A DNA stretch of 64,000 nucleotides from Candidatus Poribacteria bacterium. Lineage in GTDB: Bacteria; Poribacteria; WGA-4E; PCPOR2b. The position numbers were made by a program, and so were the translations under genes. A model generated the notes under the pieces. That model saw only the letters and a program-made list of their open reading frames with translations. It was not told the DNA's origin and did no database searches. Location of the stretch: contig OZ252032.1 in assembly GCA_965247655.1 (NCBI GenBank), forward strand, positions 5,339,843 through 5,403,842, in the 5' to 3' direction. Below, piece by piece: positions 51,540 to 61,050 of the stretch (the stretch's first letter is position 1; the number at the start of each line of letters is the position of its first letter).

Positions 51540-51880
51540 TATTACAGGTCAGCTACCCCGCCCTGAAGGACGGGGCTTGTTGCCCGTCCCGGGACTTACA
51601 GGGTTTTCGGTCTCGGCTCGTAACTTTACACACCCGCCACCGTCCCGAGCAGCTCGGGATTAGAAGCAGCCACAGCGTGTCGGGGACAGCACCGTTTCAA
51701 CTTCCGGGCGAAACCTCAGACAAACAACGTCCCGATCCTATCGGGAGGAGCGAAAAACGAGCGTTTTTCCTAAGTCATCGAGTTACGAGAGAATTATACC
51801 CTATCAACACTTTTTAATCAACAAAAAGGAGGCACAGTGGAGACCCCGCTCTAAAGAACGGGGTCTCCACTGCGAAGATT
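51540..51880 (-). mobile_element. tnpB-less remnant of an IS200/IS605-family element (MITE/PATE-like): RE/tnpB-3' segment plus LE-like hairpin segment
   Basis: 51552-51575 is identical (24/24) to the tnpB 3' end/stop region at 54365-54388 and still encodes ...APSFRAG*; 51826-51877 is homologous to 55741-55798 including TCTCCACTGCGAAGATTTTG and a 10-bp perfect hairpin (51838-51867). Confidence 0.55.
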
Positions 51881-54289
51881 TTGATGAAAGAAGAAACTGG
51901 TGATCTGGCGATTAGCCGACAAGGCAGTCAGGTTATCGCGAAAAACAATCTATTCCAAATCAATTTTGATCTTTCCGAGGGAACCTGGAACTACACCGAT
52001 AAAACGGGTTATAGCATCATCAGGAACGCGTATACGAAGATTATTTTGCAAGATGGGACAGTCCTAACAACACTGGATCCGGGAAGTTCAGAGTTTATTA
52101 CAAGTCCTGCCACCGAAGATGAATCTGGCGTTTACCAACCAATTACATTTGCGCACCAACCCGAAGGGCATGGGGTGCGGACCCATCTCTATCTGAAATG
52201 TTATCCCAGAAAGCCTTATGTTGTATTGACCGTCGGCGTAAAAAACACGCACGAGGCACCAATTACCTTAGAACAGATTTCCACCATTGACGTCTCCCCT
52301 CACAACGGTAAAGCCAAAGGCGGTGTTTATTTAGGAGGTGCACCATCGGGCTATCATACTTTTCTAGACATGAATACACCGATGACATCTGGACTTAAAG
52401 AGATCCACGACGGGTTTCGCATCAACGAAGAGGCTTCGACCACCTCCTGTTACAACGGAGTTCTCTATGACACGGAGAGCAAGCGATCTCTCGTCTTCGG
52501 CTTTTTGAGTTTTCAAAAATGGTGGTCTGCTGTCCAAATGGGATATGATGGAGGCACGCAACAGGGTAAGGAAGAAAACCACGGCGTGAATCACTGGGCT
52601 CTCTACCATAAGTGTGAAAACCATATCTGCCGTCAAGGTGAGGAGGTATACGCTGAGTCTGTTTACTTGAATTTCGCGCATCAGGGGCGGGCGGCATACC
52701 ATGATTACGCCGAGATGGTCGGACGCCGTGTGAAACCAAAATCGCTAAATCGTGTTTTCTCAGGTTGGTGTGCTCAGGATAGTGAGGACAGGACGATAAG
52801 TGCCGCGCAAATTTCCGAACAGATTGAACAGATTACCAAAGACCGATTATCTGACCCATCAATTCCCGGCGGATTTGAGTACATCCAGATTGGAAAGGGT
52901 TGGGAAGCATCAATCGGCAGCTATCAAGCGGATGTGCAGAAGTTTCCAAGTGGGATGAAATCGGTTGCTGACCAGATTCATGCCAAAGGACTAAAAGCCG
53001 GCATCCGATTTACGCCGTTTTGCGTGGAGGCTAGCTCCGAACTCTTGAGAACGCGCTCAGGGTATTTCCTCCAAGAGCGTGGCACAAAGAAGCCTGCCTC
53101 CATCGTTTTGCCGGAAGATGGGAGGGAGGTTGCCGTACTCGATGTATCGCAACCGGGGACGCAGGCGCATATTCGTGAAAATATCCGGAAATTGATTGAT
53201 GAGTGGGGATACGATCTGGTCAAAGCGGATTTACTCGCATACGCAATAGGACCGCTGACAGAACTGAACAACTTTGTGGCACACAACTCATCGCTTACTG
53301 CTGTTGAACTGTATCGCCTCGGGGTTCAGTTACTAAATCAGATTATTGATGACAATGAAAAAGAGGTTGTGCTTGCAGCGTGTAATACATGCCGGGGACC
53401 AAGTATCGGAGACTTTGTGCTGAACGAAACATCTTCAGGTTATGGCGGCTACATCGGCGAAGGGTCTTGGGAGAGTCCGCAAGGGTTAAAACCGATTGTC
53501 AATACCCACGCGGCACATCTTCCGATGTATGGCAACGCATGGACAAATGAGTTTGGCACCCTAAGCATCAACGAACCACTCCCTCTGAATGAAGCACTTA
53601 TTGCAATGACAATGGCAGGAATGAGTGGCGGGGTTGTCACTTGCGGTGATGATTTCACGACACTCAAGCCGGAGCGAGCGGAATTGCTCGCCAAGATTTT
53701 TCCGCTAACTGGTGATTCCGCAATACCTGTTGATCTTTATGAAAACAAATTCCCGCAAATCTGGAATCTACCGGTGATATCTCCCTACGAATCCTACAAT
53801 GTCGTTGGGGTTTTTAACTGGACGAATATAAAGGCAGATGTCGATTTGGCTTTGGATTCGCTCGGTTTAAATCGCTCTCAATATTATCTTGTGCACGATT
53901 TCTGGAACCGTGAATTCCTCGGCAATGTTCGAGAGCGGGTAGCTCTGTTCGATATTCCACCCCGCTCTGTCAAGCTACTGTGTCTACGCGCTGAACAGAA
54001 GGTCCCCCAACTACTCGCTACAGATACTCACCTTACGCAAGGTAGCGTGGATGTCTTGTCCGCCGGCTGGGATAAGCGAAGCCAGAGTTTTTTAGCGGTC
54101 TGCAAGCCCCCTAGGCGCAGCAAAGCAACATTGTTCCTTCATGTACCTGAAGGTTACGCCCCTGCCACAATCGCGTGTTACGGTGCCGACTACCGCTTTC
54201 GTTGGGACAGACAGATCTATGAATTTGAATTCAATTCAAGCACAGCACTCGTACAGGTCAGCGTTCAATTTTCCAAGACATCGGGGTAA
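51881..54289 (+). CDS. Glycoside hydrolase, alpha-galactosidase-like (clan GH-D, GH36/GH27-type)
   Basis: Catalytic-region motifs GIRFTPF and YDLVKADL (KxD); 802 aa. Confidence 0.55.
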   Translation: MMKEETGDLAISRQGSQVIAKNNLFQINFDLSEGTWNYTDKTGYSIIRNAYTKIILQDGTVLTTLDPGSSEFITSPATEDESGVYQPITFAHQPEGHGVRTHLYLKCYPRKPYVVLTVGVKNTHEAPITLEQISTIDVSPHNGKAKGGVYLGGAPSGYHTFLDMNTPMTSGLKEIHDGFRINEEASTTSCYNGVLYDTESKRSLVFGFLSFQKWWSAVQMGYDGGTQQGKEENHGVNHWALYHKCENHICRQGEEVYAESVYLNFAHQGRAAYHDYAEMVGRRVKPKSLNRVFSGWCAQDSEDRTISAAQISEQIEQITKDRLSDPSIPGGFEYIQIGKGWEASIGSYQADVQKFPSGMKSVADQIHAKGLKAGIRFTPFCVEASSELLRTRSGYFLQERGTKKPASIVLPEDGREVAVLDVSQPGTQAHIRENIRKLIDEWGYDLVKADLLAYAIGPLTELNNFVAHNSSLTAVELYRLGVQLLNQIIDDNEKEVVLAACNTCRGPSIGDFVLNETSSGYGGYIGEGSWESPQGLKPIVNTHAAHLPMYGNAWTNEFGTLSINEPLPLNEALIAMTMAGMSGGVVTCGDDFTTLKPERAELLAKIFPLTGDSAIPVDLYENKFPQIWNLPVISPYESYNVVGVFNWTNIKADVDLALDSLGLNRSQYYLVHDFWNREFLGNVRERVALFDIPPRSVKLLCLRAEQKVPQLLATDTHLTQGSVDVLSAGWDKRSQSFLAVCKPPRRSKATLFLHVPEGYAPATIACYGADYRFRWDRQIYEFEFNSSTALVQVSVQFSKTSG

Positions 54290-54480
54290 AACGACGCTGT
54301 ACACCCCGATAGAATCAGGAGATTTCGCTGCGCTCAACACGATACAAAAGGAGGGATTGTCAACTACCCCGCCCTGAAGGACGGGGCCCCCGACAAGTCG
54401 GGATACAAGCACTTGTGATACCGTCCACGGGGGCTTACAGGTTTCGCGCTTCCTTCTCTTTCGAGGGTTTCAGAGCCGTT
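54290..54480 (-). ncRNA. Candidate omega-RNA (reRNA) locus overlapping the tnpB 3' end and right end
   Basis: Position rule for IS200/IS605 TnpB guide RNAs; the segment is conserved in the tnpB-less copy at 51552 and begins next to an 8-bp hairpin (54284-54314). Confidence 0.25.
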
Positions 54481-55800
54481 AGTTACCGGCGTCCCTCCAC
54501 GCAGGGCAGCAGCTGCCCGATTACCAATGTTGATTGCTGCGTTGTGGTCACGGTCAATTATCAACCCACAATCGGGGCAGTAATGGACACGGACAGACAA
54601 CGACTTCTTTACAACCGAACCACACCCTGAGCATTCCTGAGACGTGCCTTGAGGCTTAACTTGCAACAGATGCTTACCAGCTTTTGCAGCTTTGCTTTGC
54701 AGTGTTAAGCGAAAATTACCCCATGCAGCATCAGATATGCTTTTAGAAAGATAGTGGTTTTGAACCATGTTAGTGATTTTCAAGACCTCAACAGCTACCG
54801 CGTCACACTGGGTAAAAAGTTGGTGTGCGGTCTTGTAGTGGAAGTCACGGCGTTGGTTGACAATATGCTCGTGTATCTTGGCAACCCGTTCCCGTTGGTT
54901 ACTATAGCGTCTGCTCCCCTTCTGCCTTTTGGATAACCGACCTTGTGCTTGGCTCAACTTGTGTTCTGATTGACGAAAGTGGCGAGGATTGGCAACCTTA
55001 TCCCCATTGGAAGTGGTTAGAAACGATGCCAAACCGACGTCAATCCCTGTAATCGTTTGGATAGATGCTTCGGGAATCTCAGGTACATCAGGGAGCTGGA
55101 CAGTAATATTTGCATACCAGCCACTGGCTTTCCGTTGTATGGTCAGATTCTTAATTTTGCCATTGGGAAGCGCGCGGTGATAACAAATGGCAACATGCCC
55201 AATCTTGGGCACAACTATCCGAGCCATCCGTTTACGGATATTGCGAATCAACCGTTTAGATAGGTGGCTAAAGGTCATTGAGCGGTATCGGCCTTCACCT
55301 TTGAAGCGTGGGAACCCGGGTGCTTCACCTTTTTCGACACGGACAAAGAACGCTTGATAGGCTTTGTCCAAACGGCGTAAAGTGTCCTGCAAAACATCAC
55401 AGTGCTTGGTTTGCCAGAATTGAGAGACATTGCGAAGTGTGGTCAAATAGGCAGCTTGCGTTCTGTAAGTGATATTTTCCTTGTGCTTGTCGTAGGCTTG
55501 CTTTTTCATATCAAGTGCTTGGTTATAAAGCGTACGACACGCATCAAGCCAAACTTCAAGTGCCTTGCGTTGTTTCATCGTCGGATAAATGCGATATTGA
55601 TATGTTGTTTTCATGGGATTCGGTTTTCTGGATTTCAATCCGGTACTAACGGAGGTGGGAAGCAGCCCGATGGGATCGGGACGTAGTACCTTCCCACGAA
55701 AGCCAACTATAGTATACCATAAAGCCTTTAACAATACATGGAAAAGGAGCGCAGTTTCCTCCCCTCCCTAAAGGGAAGGGATCTCCACTGCGAAGATTTG
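54306..55800 (-). mobile_element. IS200/IS605-family element carrying only tnpB (IS1341-like), about 1.5 kb
   Basis: TnpB ORF flanked by end segments that recur elsewhere in the window (54306-54339 = 56921-56955; 55741-55798 = 51826-51877); no tnpA. Confidence 0.65.
54364..55614 (-). CDS. tnpB: TnpB (OrfB) RNA-guided endonuclease-like transposon protein
   Basis: N-terminal MKTTYQYRIYPT, RuvC-like ITGIDVGL, AVAVEVLK and DRDHNAAINI, zinc finger CSGCG...CPDCG; start at ATG 55614. Confidence 0.85.
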   Translation of the reverse strand: MKTTYQYRIYPTMKQRKALEVWLDACRTLYNQALDMKKQAYDKHKENITYRTQAAYLTTLRNVSQFWQTKHCDVLQDTLRRLDKAYQAFFVRVEKGEAPGFPRFKGEGRYRSMTFSHLSKRLIRNIRKRMARIVVPKIGHVAICYHRALPNGKIKNLTIQRKASGWYANITVQLPDVPEIPEASIQTITGIDVGLASFLTTSNGDKVANPRHFRQSEHKLSQAQGRLSKRQKGSRRYSNQRERVAKIHEHIVNQRRDFHYKTAHQLFTQCDAVAVEVLKITNMVQNHYLSKSISDAAWGNFRLTLQSKAAKAGKHLLQVKPQGTSQECSGCGSVVKKSLSVRVHYCPDCGLIIDRDHNAAINIGNRAAAALRGGTPVTNGSETLEREGSAKPVSPRGRYHKCLYPDLSGAPSFRAG

Positions 55801-56817
55801 ATGAACTATTCTCAAGTATTAAAGGAACTTGAAGGTCTCGTCAATGAGACCTACGGTTTATGGGATCATAACCGTGTTGGATTCCAATGGCGGCACTACA
55901 CATGGAACCACACGATGCGGGTCCGCGCCATGAGCATGGAACTTGGCAGGCGCGAGGGTGGCGACGTCACCAAGCTCGAAGTCGCGGGAACCCTGCACGA
56001 TATCACCAAGCGGTATGATGGTGAAATTTTGTCGGATGAAAACGGCAAGCGGGTCGTTAATCATGACGGACTCTGGCTGAATGAACAACTCACGCCGAGT
56101 CGAGAGAATCTCGTCACCCGGCTTTATGACGAAAACAATCTTGGCGGCACGGTTCACCACGAGTCAGGAGCAGTTGTCACCGAGAAGATACTGGCGATGT
56201 ATGATTTCGATCAGGATTTTGTTGACGCGGTCCGTGCCATTGTGTTAGCACACCTGAAACCGATGAACCTCACCGAGGATCGGTATGATTTCCTCTACGG
56301 AAACGTCGAAAATCAGATTCTCTATGACGCTGACACAATGGATCCAAATGTCGGCTATACCGCATTTTTCCGCAACGTCCACATCCACAGCTATTCCGCT
56401 ATCCGGCGCAACGGCAAGTTCGATCTTGAGGAGTATGTCCAGAGTCTACCTCGCTGGGTCAATTCCAAGCAGGCTTTCGTCGAACATTTATTGACAGAAT
56501 CGGCGAAGGAGATCGGGCAGGCACGACAGGATCGAAACCGGGAGTTGGCGGATCAGATCGCAGCGGAAGCAGGAGATATGGAGACGAATCGAAAATACGG
56601 GCTGCTCGGCGTCATTGAATACTTCGTCAGCGACACCGAAGATCCGCACTTTATGAACCAATTGGCGTATCTCAAGGAGCATTGGATCCCGGAGCGGCAG
56701 AAACAACTCGCTGAGGAAGAAACCACGGAGGCGGCTCGGGATCGTGCGAGTGAGGCGTTGGATCGGGTGATTGATTTCACTAATACGCTTGAGCGGGAGT
56801 ATCAGGGGGAAATTTGA
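55801..56817 (+). CDS. HD-domain phosphohydrolase
   Basis: H...HD motif (HTMRV...VAGTLHDITK); ATG 55801 preferred because the upstream 60 nt is the IS end segment. Confidence 0.65.
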   Translation: MNYSQVLKELEGLVNETYGLWDHNRVGFQWRHYTWNHTMRVRAMSMELGRREGGDVTKLEVAGTLHDITKRYDGEILSDENGKRVVNHDGLWLNEQLTPSRENLVTRLYDENNLGGTVHHESGAVVTEKILAMYDFDQDFVDAVRAIVLAHLKPMNLTEDRYDFLYGNVENQILYDADTMDPNVGYTAFFRNVHIHSYSAIRRNGKFDLEEYVQSLPRWVNSKQAFVEHLLTESAKEIGQARQDRNRELADQIAAEAGDMETNRKYGLLGVIEYFVSDTEDPHFMNQLAYLKEHWIPERQKQLAEEETTEAARDRASEALDRVIDFTNTLEREYQGEI

Positions 56818-56955
56818 GGTAGACAGGCGAGAAGATATGTTTTGATAGGAACGACGATATTCTGTACAACTGAGGGATTGGGGCAACCTAATCCCTCAAT
56901 TTCTCAAACCCTATAGACGCCGCCCCGATAGATTGGGATTTCGCTGCGCTCAACT

Positions 56956-57342
56956 TCACTCTTCAACCAACTCTCTTCCGGCAAACCCGGCATCAATCTC
57001 GTGCCAGTATAAGATTGCTTCTTCCCCAGCCCTCCAGCAGAGGTAGACTTCCCTACCCTCGCGAAGGTGAGGGAAGTCAATTAACCCCGGATTTATATCT
57101 TTTATCGTGCATCCATAGGACTGAATTTCTTCAATAGCGTCCCGGAACTTTCCTGTTAATCCGAGAAACTGCGGTGTTTTTCGATGCCCACCGTTGTGAC
57201 GAATGACCTCAAAGAGCGGAGTCAATTCTGCCCCAAGTTGTTCTAACTCCACCCGAAATTCCCTCAATTCTGACAATCTCTGTTCTAGCGTAGGGATCAG
57301 CCGGTTCGCTTCTTCTACAGTAAAATATCTCTTTTGTCGCAT
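56956..57342 (-). CDS. DUF2203-family protein
   Basis: YFTVEEANRLIPTLE N-terminus and DINPGLIDFPHL motif characteristic of DUF2203. Confidence 0.55.
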   Translation of the reverse strand: MRQKRYFTVEEANRLIPTLEQRLSELREFRVELEQLGAELTPLFEVIRHNGGHRKTPQFLGLTGKFRDAIEEIQSYGCTIKDINPGLIDFPHLREGREVYLCWRAGEEAILYWHEIDAGFAGRELVEE

Positions 57343-57484
57343 TGTTCACCCAACCTTTATTCTATGATAAGTTTTGATGCTGTCCGCTAATAACGATTTA
57401 CAGAAGTGTAACCCATATCCGATAAAATGTCAAAAGAGTTAATTGGATGTAGAAATTCACAAAATAATTTGGAGGCTTTTACCA

Positions 57485-60400
57485 GTGCGTATTAGCAGTT
57501 ATCTGTTCCGCCCCCGATGGATCGGGAGGCAAACACCTGTCCGTTTTTGCACACTCGTTGGCTCTTTTTTTCTATTTGGAGTTAGCGTTATTCTGATGTT
57601 AGTTTTTTGCGGAGCAGCATCAGCCGACGAAGACTCGTCAGATGTGAAACCTTACGGAATCGATCGGCGGATCCCGTGGGAGACATCCCGCGTCGTGGGT
57701 GCACCTGATGCCACCGATGATCTCTCAATCTTAGGACGCGAACCGGGGCGGTTTGTGGAGGCAGGAAAAGTAATCTTCAACGGGAAGGGTTCCTGCTATT
57801 CATGCCACACACTAAATCCTTCGGCACTGCCGGGAAGGGGACCGGATCTCACCGATATTGGGGCGCACGCTGCAACCCGAAAACCGGGGATGGGGGCAAA
57901 GGCGTATCTGATCGAATCCCTCTATGACCCAGCCATATTCCTCGTCCATGGGTACGGTAGGATTATGACGCCGGCGTGGAAACCCCCAATCAGTCTGTCA
58001 AATTTAGAGATTGAAACAGTCATCGCATTCCTTCAGAGTCAGGGAGGAGAAGTGAATCTAGCACCGTTTGAACCACCGGTTGATATACAAACCGTTGCAA
58101 GGGAGATGGAGGCACGTCCACTTATCCATGTCGCAGACGCCGAACGAGGGGCGGATGTATTTGTCAATGTCGTAAAATGTATTGCATGTCACGATGTTGA
58201 TAGAGTTGAGAAGCCGGAGGATCAAATCCTCGACGATGGGGTTGAGGTCTTTCCGGGTCCTGACCTAACGGGCATTGCAGCATTAAATAGCATCGGTTAT
58301 ATCGAAGAATCAATTTTGAAACCGAACGCCGAGATTGTGCGCGGATACGGTGTGGCATCCGTTGCAACCGGCGGCGTGGTTCTTCAGGGGACGCTTATCT
58401 CACAGGATAATGAAAAAATCGTTCTGCATATCGAAGGATCGACGGAGCCAACGGAAAGGACGCTCCTTTTGAGCGAGACTGATCCTGAACCCATTGAAGT
58501 GTTGACGGATTTGGCAGAGAAAGGGTATTTTTGGATTCAGGTGACGCCCGCCAATTCGGAACCGATTCGCGGAGATTTCGTCCGAGAGGATGAAGAGACG
58601 GTTACGCTCAAGGTTGAAACTTCCCCCGAAGGGATGCAAACGGTATCAAAATCAAATTTGAAGACCTACGTAACTGTCACCTTATTTGACAGCGAGTCGG
58701 TTGTTGGTACGTCAGTCTCTGAAAACGAGAACCAAATTGTCTTAGAGGTTAGCGGTGTGGAACGAACCATAGATAAATTCGATATTGACGAGGGTCCAAC
58801 CTACAGCCGCGCTTTCGGGAAGCGAATCAATGTGAAATCCGCGATGCCGGATAACTATGCACAACTCCTATCGGTTGATGACCACTACAACCTGCTCGCA
58901 TTCCTATCAACGCTGACCGGCAAAACGTCAGGGTCAGAGTCCGGACCGACTTTATCACTCCGCCCCAAACAGACATTCACTAAATTTCCATTAGATCAAC
59001 CGGTGTATATTGAGCCTGAGCCGGGCACTGACCAACTGCTTGTCATCGAACTAGGGGGTAAGATTCGTCGTTTCAAAGACGATACGGAGGCAGAAAACGC
59101 CGAATTTCTGATTAATACTGGGCGCGAGACTTACGGCTTGACATTCCATCCAAATTACGAAGAAAACGGCTATCTCTATGTTGTCAGCAATGGACCGATA
59201 GGAGGGAAAGTTACTGAGACCAAAAACTATGTTTCGCGCTTTACGGTGGAGCGTCAGTCCCCGTATCGCTGTGATCCGAACTCCGAGCTGATTATCCTAG
59301 AGTGGCAATCGAACAATCACAACGGCGGCGATCTTGCGTTCGGTCCCGATGGATACCTCTACATCTCCGCCGGCGATGGCGCAATGGATTCCGATACCAA
59401 CCTTACCGGTCTTCCCGGAAGCTACGATAGAGATCCCAAGGGGCAAGATCTCAGCAACCTGCCTGCGACAATTATGCGCATTGATGTCGATCATCCGGAG
59501 ATGGAACGCCCCTATTCAATTCCAAGCGATAACCCTTTCGTCCATCTTGAGGGTGCGCGTCCCGAAATTTGGGTCTACGGGATTCGCAACCCTTGGCGAA
59601 TCACCTTCGACCACGAGACCGGGCATCTGTGGGCGGGAAACGTCGGGCAGGATCGGTGGGAGATGATTCATCTGGTACGTCGCGGGGCCAACTACGGCTG
59701 GAGCCTTTACGAAGGCAGCCATCCCTTCTTTCTCAACCGCAAACCGGGGCCCACGCCGGTTGTCAAACCAACGGTCGAACACCCCCACTCCGAAGCCCGT
59801 TCAATCACCGGGGGAGTCGTCTATTATGGCTCAAAGTTTCCCGAATTGCGGGGTGCCTACGTCTACGGCGACTACGCAACTGGAAAGATGTGGGCACTGC
59901 GGCACGACGGAGAGAAACTGATCTGGCATCGGGAAATTGCCGATACAACGCTACAGATCGTGAGTTTCGGCGTTGACCATAACGACGAAATATTAATCGC
60001 AGATCTAGCACGTGGTATCTATCAATTAGAGCGCGAGTCCGAATCTACAGAAAAGTTTCCGACCCGCTTGAGCGAAACGGGCTTATTTATATCAGTGAAA
60101 GACCTTCAGACCGACCCGGGACTGATTCCCTATTCAGTAAACGCACCGCTGTGGGTGGATGGGGCGCACGTAGAACGATTCATCGCCTTACCGGGTGATT
60201 CTCAGATTGAGATGTCGGCTGCCGATGGGGTTGGCTGGAGTTTCCTCGATGAAGCGGCACTGATTCAAACCTTCGCGCTCGATCTGGAAACGGGAAACCC
60301 CACCTCCAGACACCGGATTGAAACACGGCTGCTGACCCGACAACAGGGTGAGTGGGTGGGATATTCTTATATCTGGAACGACGAGCAAACCGACGCAACC

Positions 60401-61039
60401 CTTGTGGATGCCGCTGGAACAGATCGTGTCTTCACGGTTCAGGATTCAAGTGCCCCTGATGGCAACCGAGAACAGTCTTGGCACTATCCCAGCCGGAAGG
60501 AGTGTATGGAATGCCACAGTCGCGCTGTCAACTACGTCTTGGGAGTTACCACGCTCCAGATGAACAAAGTCCACAATTACGGCACCGTTTCGGACAATCA
60601 ACTGCGGACGTTGAACCATATCGGCGTTTTCAAGAAACCGCTGTCGAAGCCGCCGGAGGAGTACCCCAAACTAGCTGACCCATACAACTCCAAAGAACCT
60701 CTTGAGGCAAGGGCGCGGTCCTATTTACACGCTGCGTGTGCAAATTGCCATGTCCACACAGGCGGTGGCAATGCTCGTATCGTGTTAGACTTCACAACGG
60801 AACTAGATAAAACCTACAGCGTTGGTTTTCGTCCGCAGCACGATACCTATGGCATCCCTGATGCAATGCTCATTGCACCGGGTGATCCAGGACGTTCGAT
60901 CCTTTACCAGCGTGTTGCTCGGCACGGTGAGGGTCAAATGCCGCCTCTGGCAACCTCACAAAAAGACGAACAAGCGGCGCAACTGCTATACGATTGGATC
61001 TCACAGATGAAACCGACTCCTGAAAATGAGAGGCATTAG
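57485..61039 (+). CDS. Multidomain cytochrome c / PQQ-type soluble sugar (glucose/sorbosone) dehydrogenase fusion protein
   Basis: Heme CxxCH motifs CYSCH, CIACH, CMECH, CANCH; beta-propeller GSDH motifs LAFGPDGYLYISAGDG, WVYGIRNPW; signal peptide; GTG start 9 nt after GGAGG. Confidence 0.7.
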   Translation: MRISSYLFRPRWIGRQTPVRFCTLVGSFFLFGVSVILMLVFCGAASADEDSSDVKPYGIDRRIPWETSRVVGAPDATDDLSILGREPGRFVEAGKVIFNGKGSCYSCHTLNPSALPGRGPDLTDIGAHAATRKPGMGAKAYLIESLYDPAIFLVHGYGRIMTPAWKPPISLSNLEIETVIAFLQSQGGEVNLAPFEPPVDIQTVAREMEARPLIHVADAERGADVFVNVVKCIACHDVDRVEKPEDQILDDGVEVFPGPDLTGIAALNSIGYIEESILKPNAEIVRGYGVASVATGGVVLQGTLISQDNEKIVLHIEGSTEPTERTLLLSETDPEPIEVLTDLAEKGYFWIQVTPANSEPIRGDFVREDEETVTLKVETSPEGMQTVSKSNLKTYVTVTLFDSESVVGTSVSENENQIVLEVSGVERTIDKFDIDEGPTYSRAFGKRINVKSAMPDNYAQLLSVDDHYNLLAFLSTLTGKTSGSESGPTLSLRPKQTFTKFPLDQPVYIEPEPGTDQLLVIELGGKIRRFKDDTEAENAEFLINTGRETYGLTFHPNYEENGYLYVVSNGPIGGKVTETKNYVSRFTVERQSPYRCDPNSELIILEWQSNNHNGGDLAFGPDGYLYISAGDGAMDSDTNLTGLPGSYDRDPKGQDLSNLPATIMRIDVDHPEMERPYSIPSDNPFVHLEGARPEIWVYGIRNPWRITFDHETGHLWAGNVGQDRWEMIHLVRRGANYGWSLYEGSHPFFLNRKPGPTPVVKPTVEHPHSEARSITGGVVYYGSKFPELRGAYVYGDYATGKMWALRHDGEKLIWHREIADTTLQIVSFGVDHNDEILIADLARGIYQLERESESTEKFPTRLSETGLFISVKDLQTDPGLIPYSVNAPLWVDGAHVERFIALPGDSQIEMSAADGVGWSFLDEAALIQTFALDLETGNPTSRHRIETRLLTRQQGEWVGYSYIWNDEQTDATLVDAAGTDRVFTVQDSSAPDGNREQSWHYPSRKECMECHSRAVNYVLGVTTLQMNKVHNYGTVSDNQLRTLNHIGVFKKPLSKPPEEYPKLADPYNSKEPLEARARSYLHAACANCHVHTGGGNARIVLDFTTELDKTYSVGFRPQHDTYGIPDAMLIAPGDPGRSILYQRVARHGEGQMPPLATSQKDEQAAQLLYDWISQMKPTPENERH

Positions 61040-61050
61040 GAGGAATGGCG

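Noticed and set aside
51403-51817. ORFs 51403..51663 and 51527..51817
   Set aside because: They lie within the IS-derived repeat remnant and are better explained as non-coding element sequence.
54415-55686. Plus-strand ORFs antisense to tnpB (54415..54630, 54754..54936, 55402..55686)
   Set aside because: They are shadow ORFs inside a confident TnpB gene.
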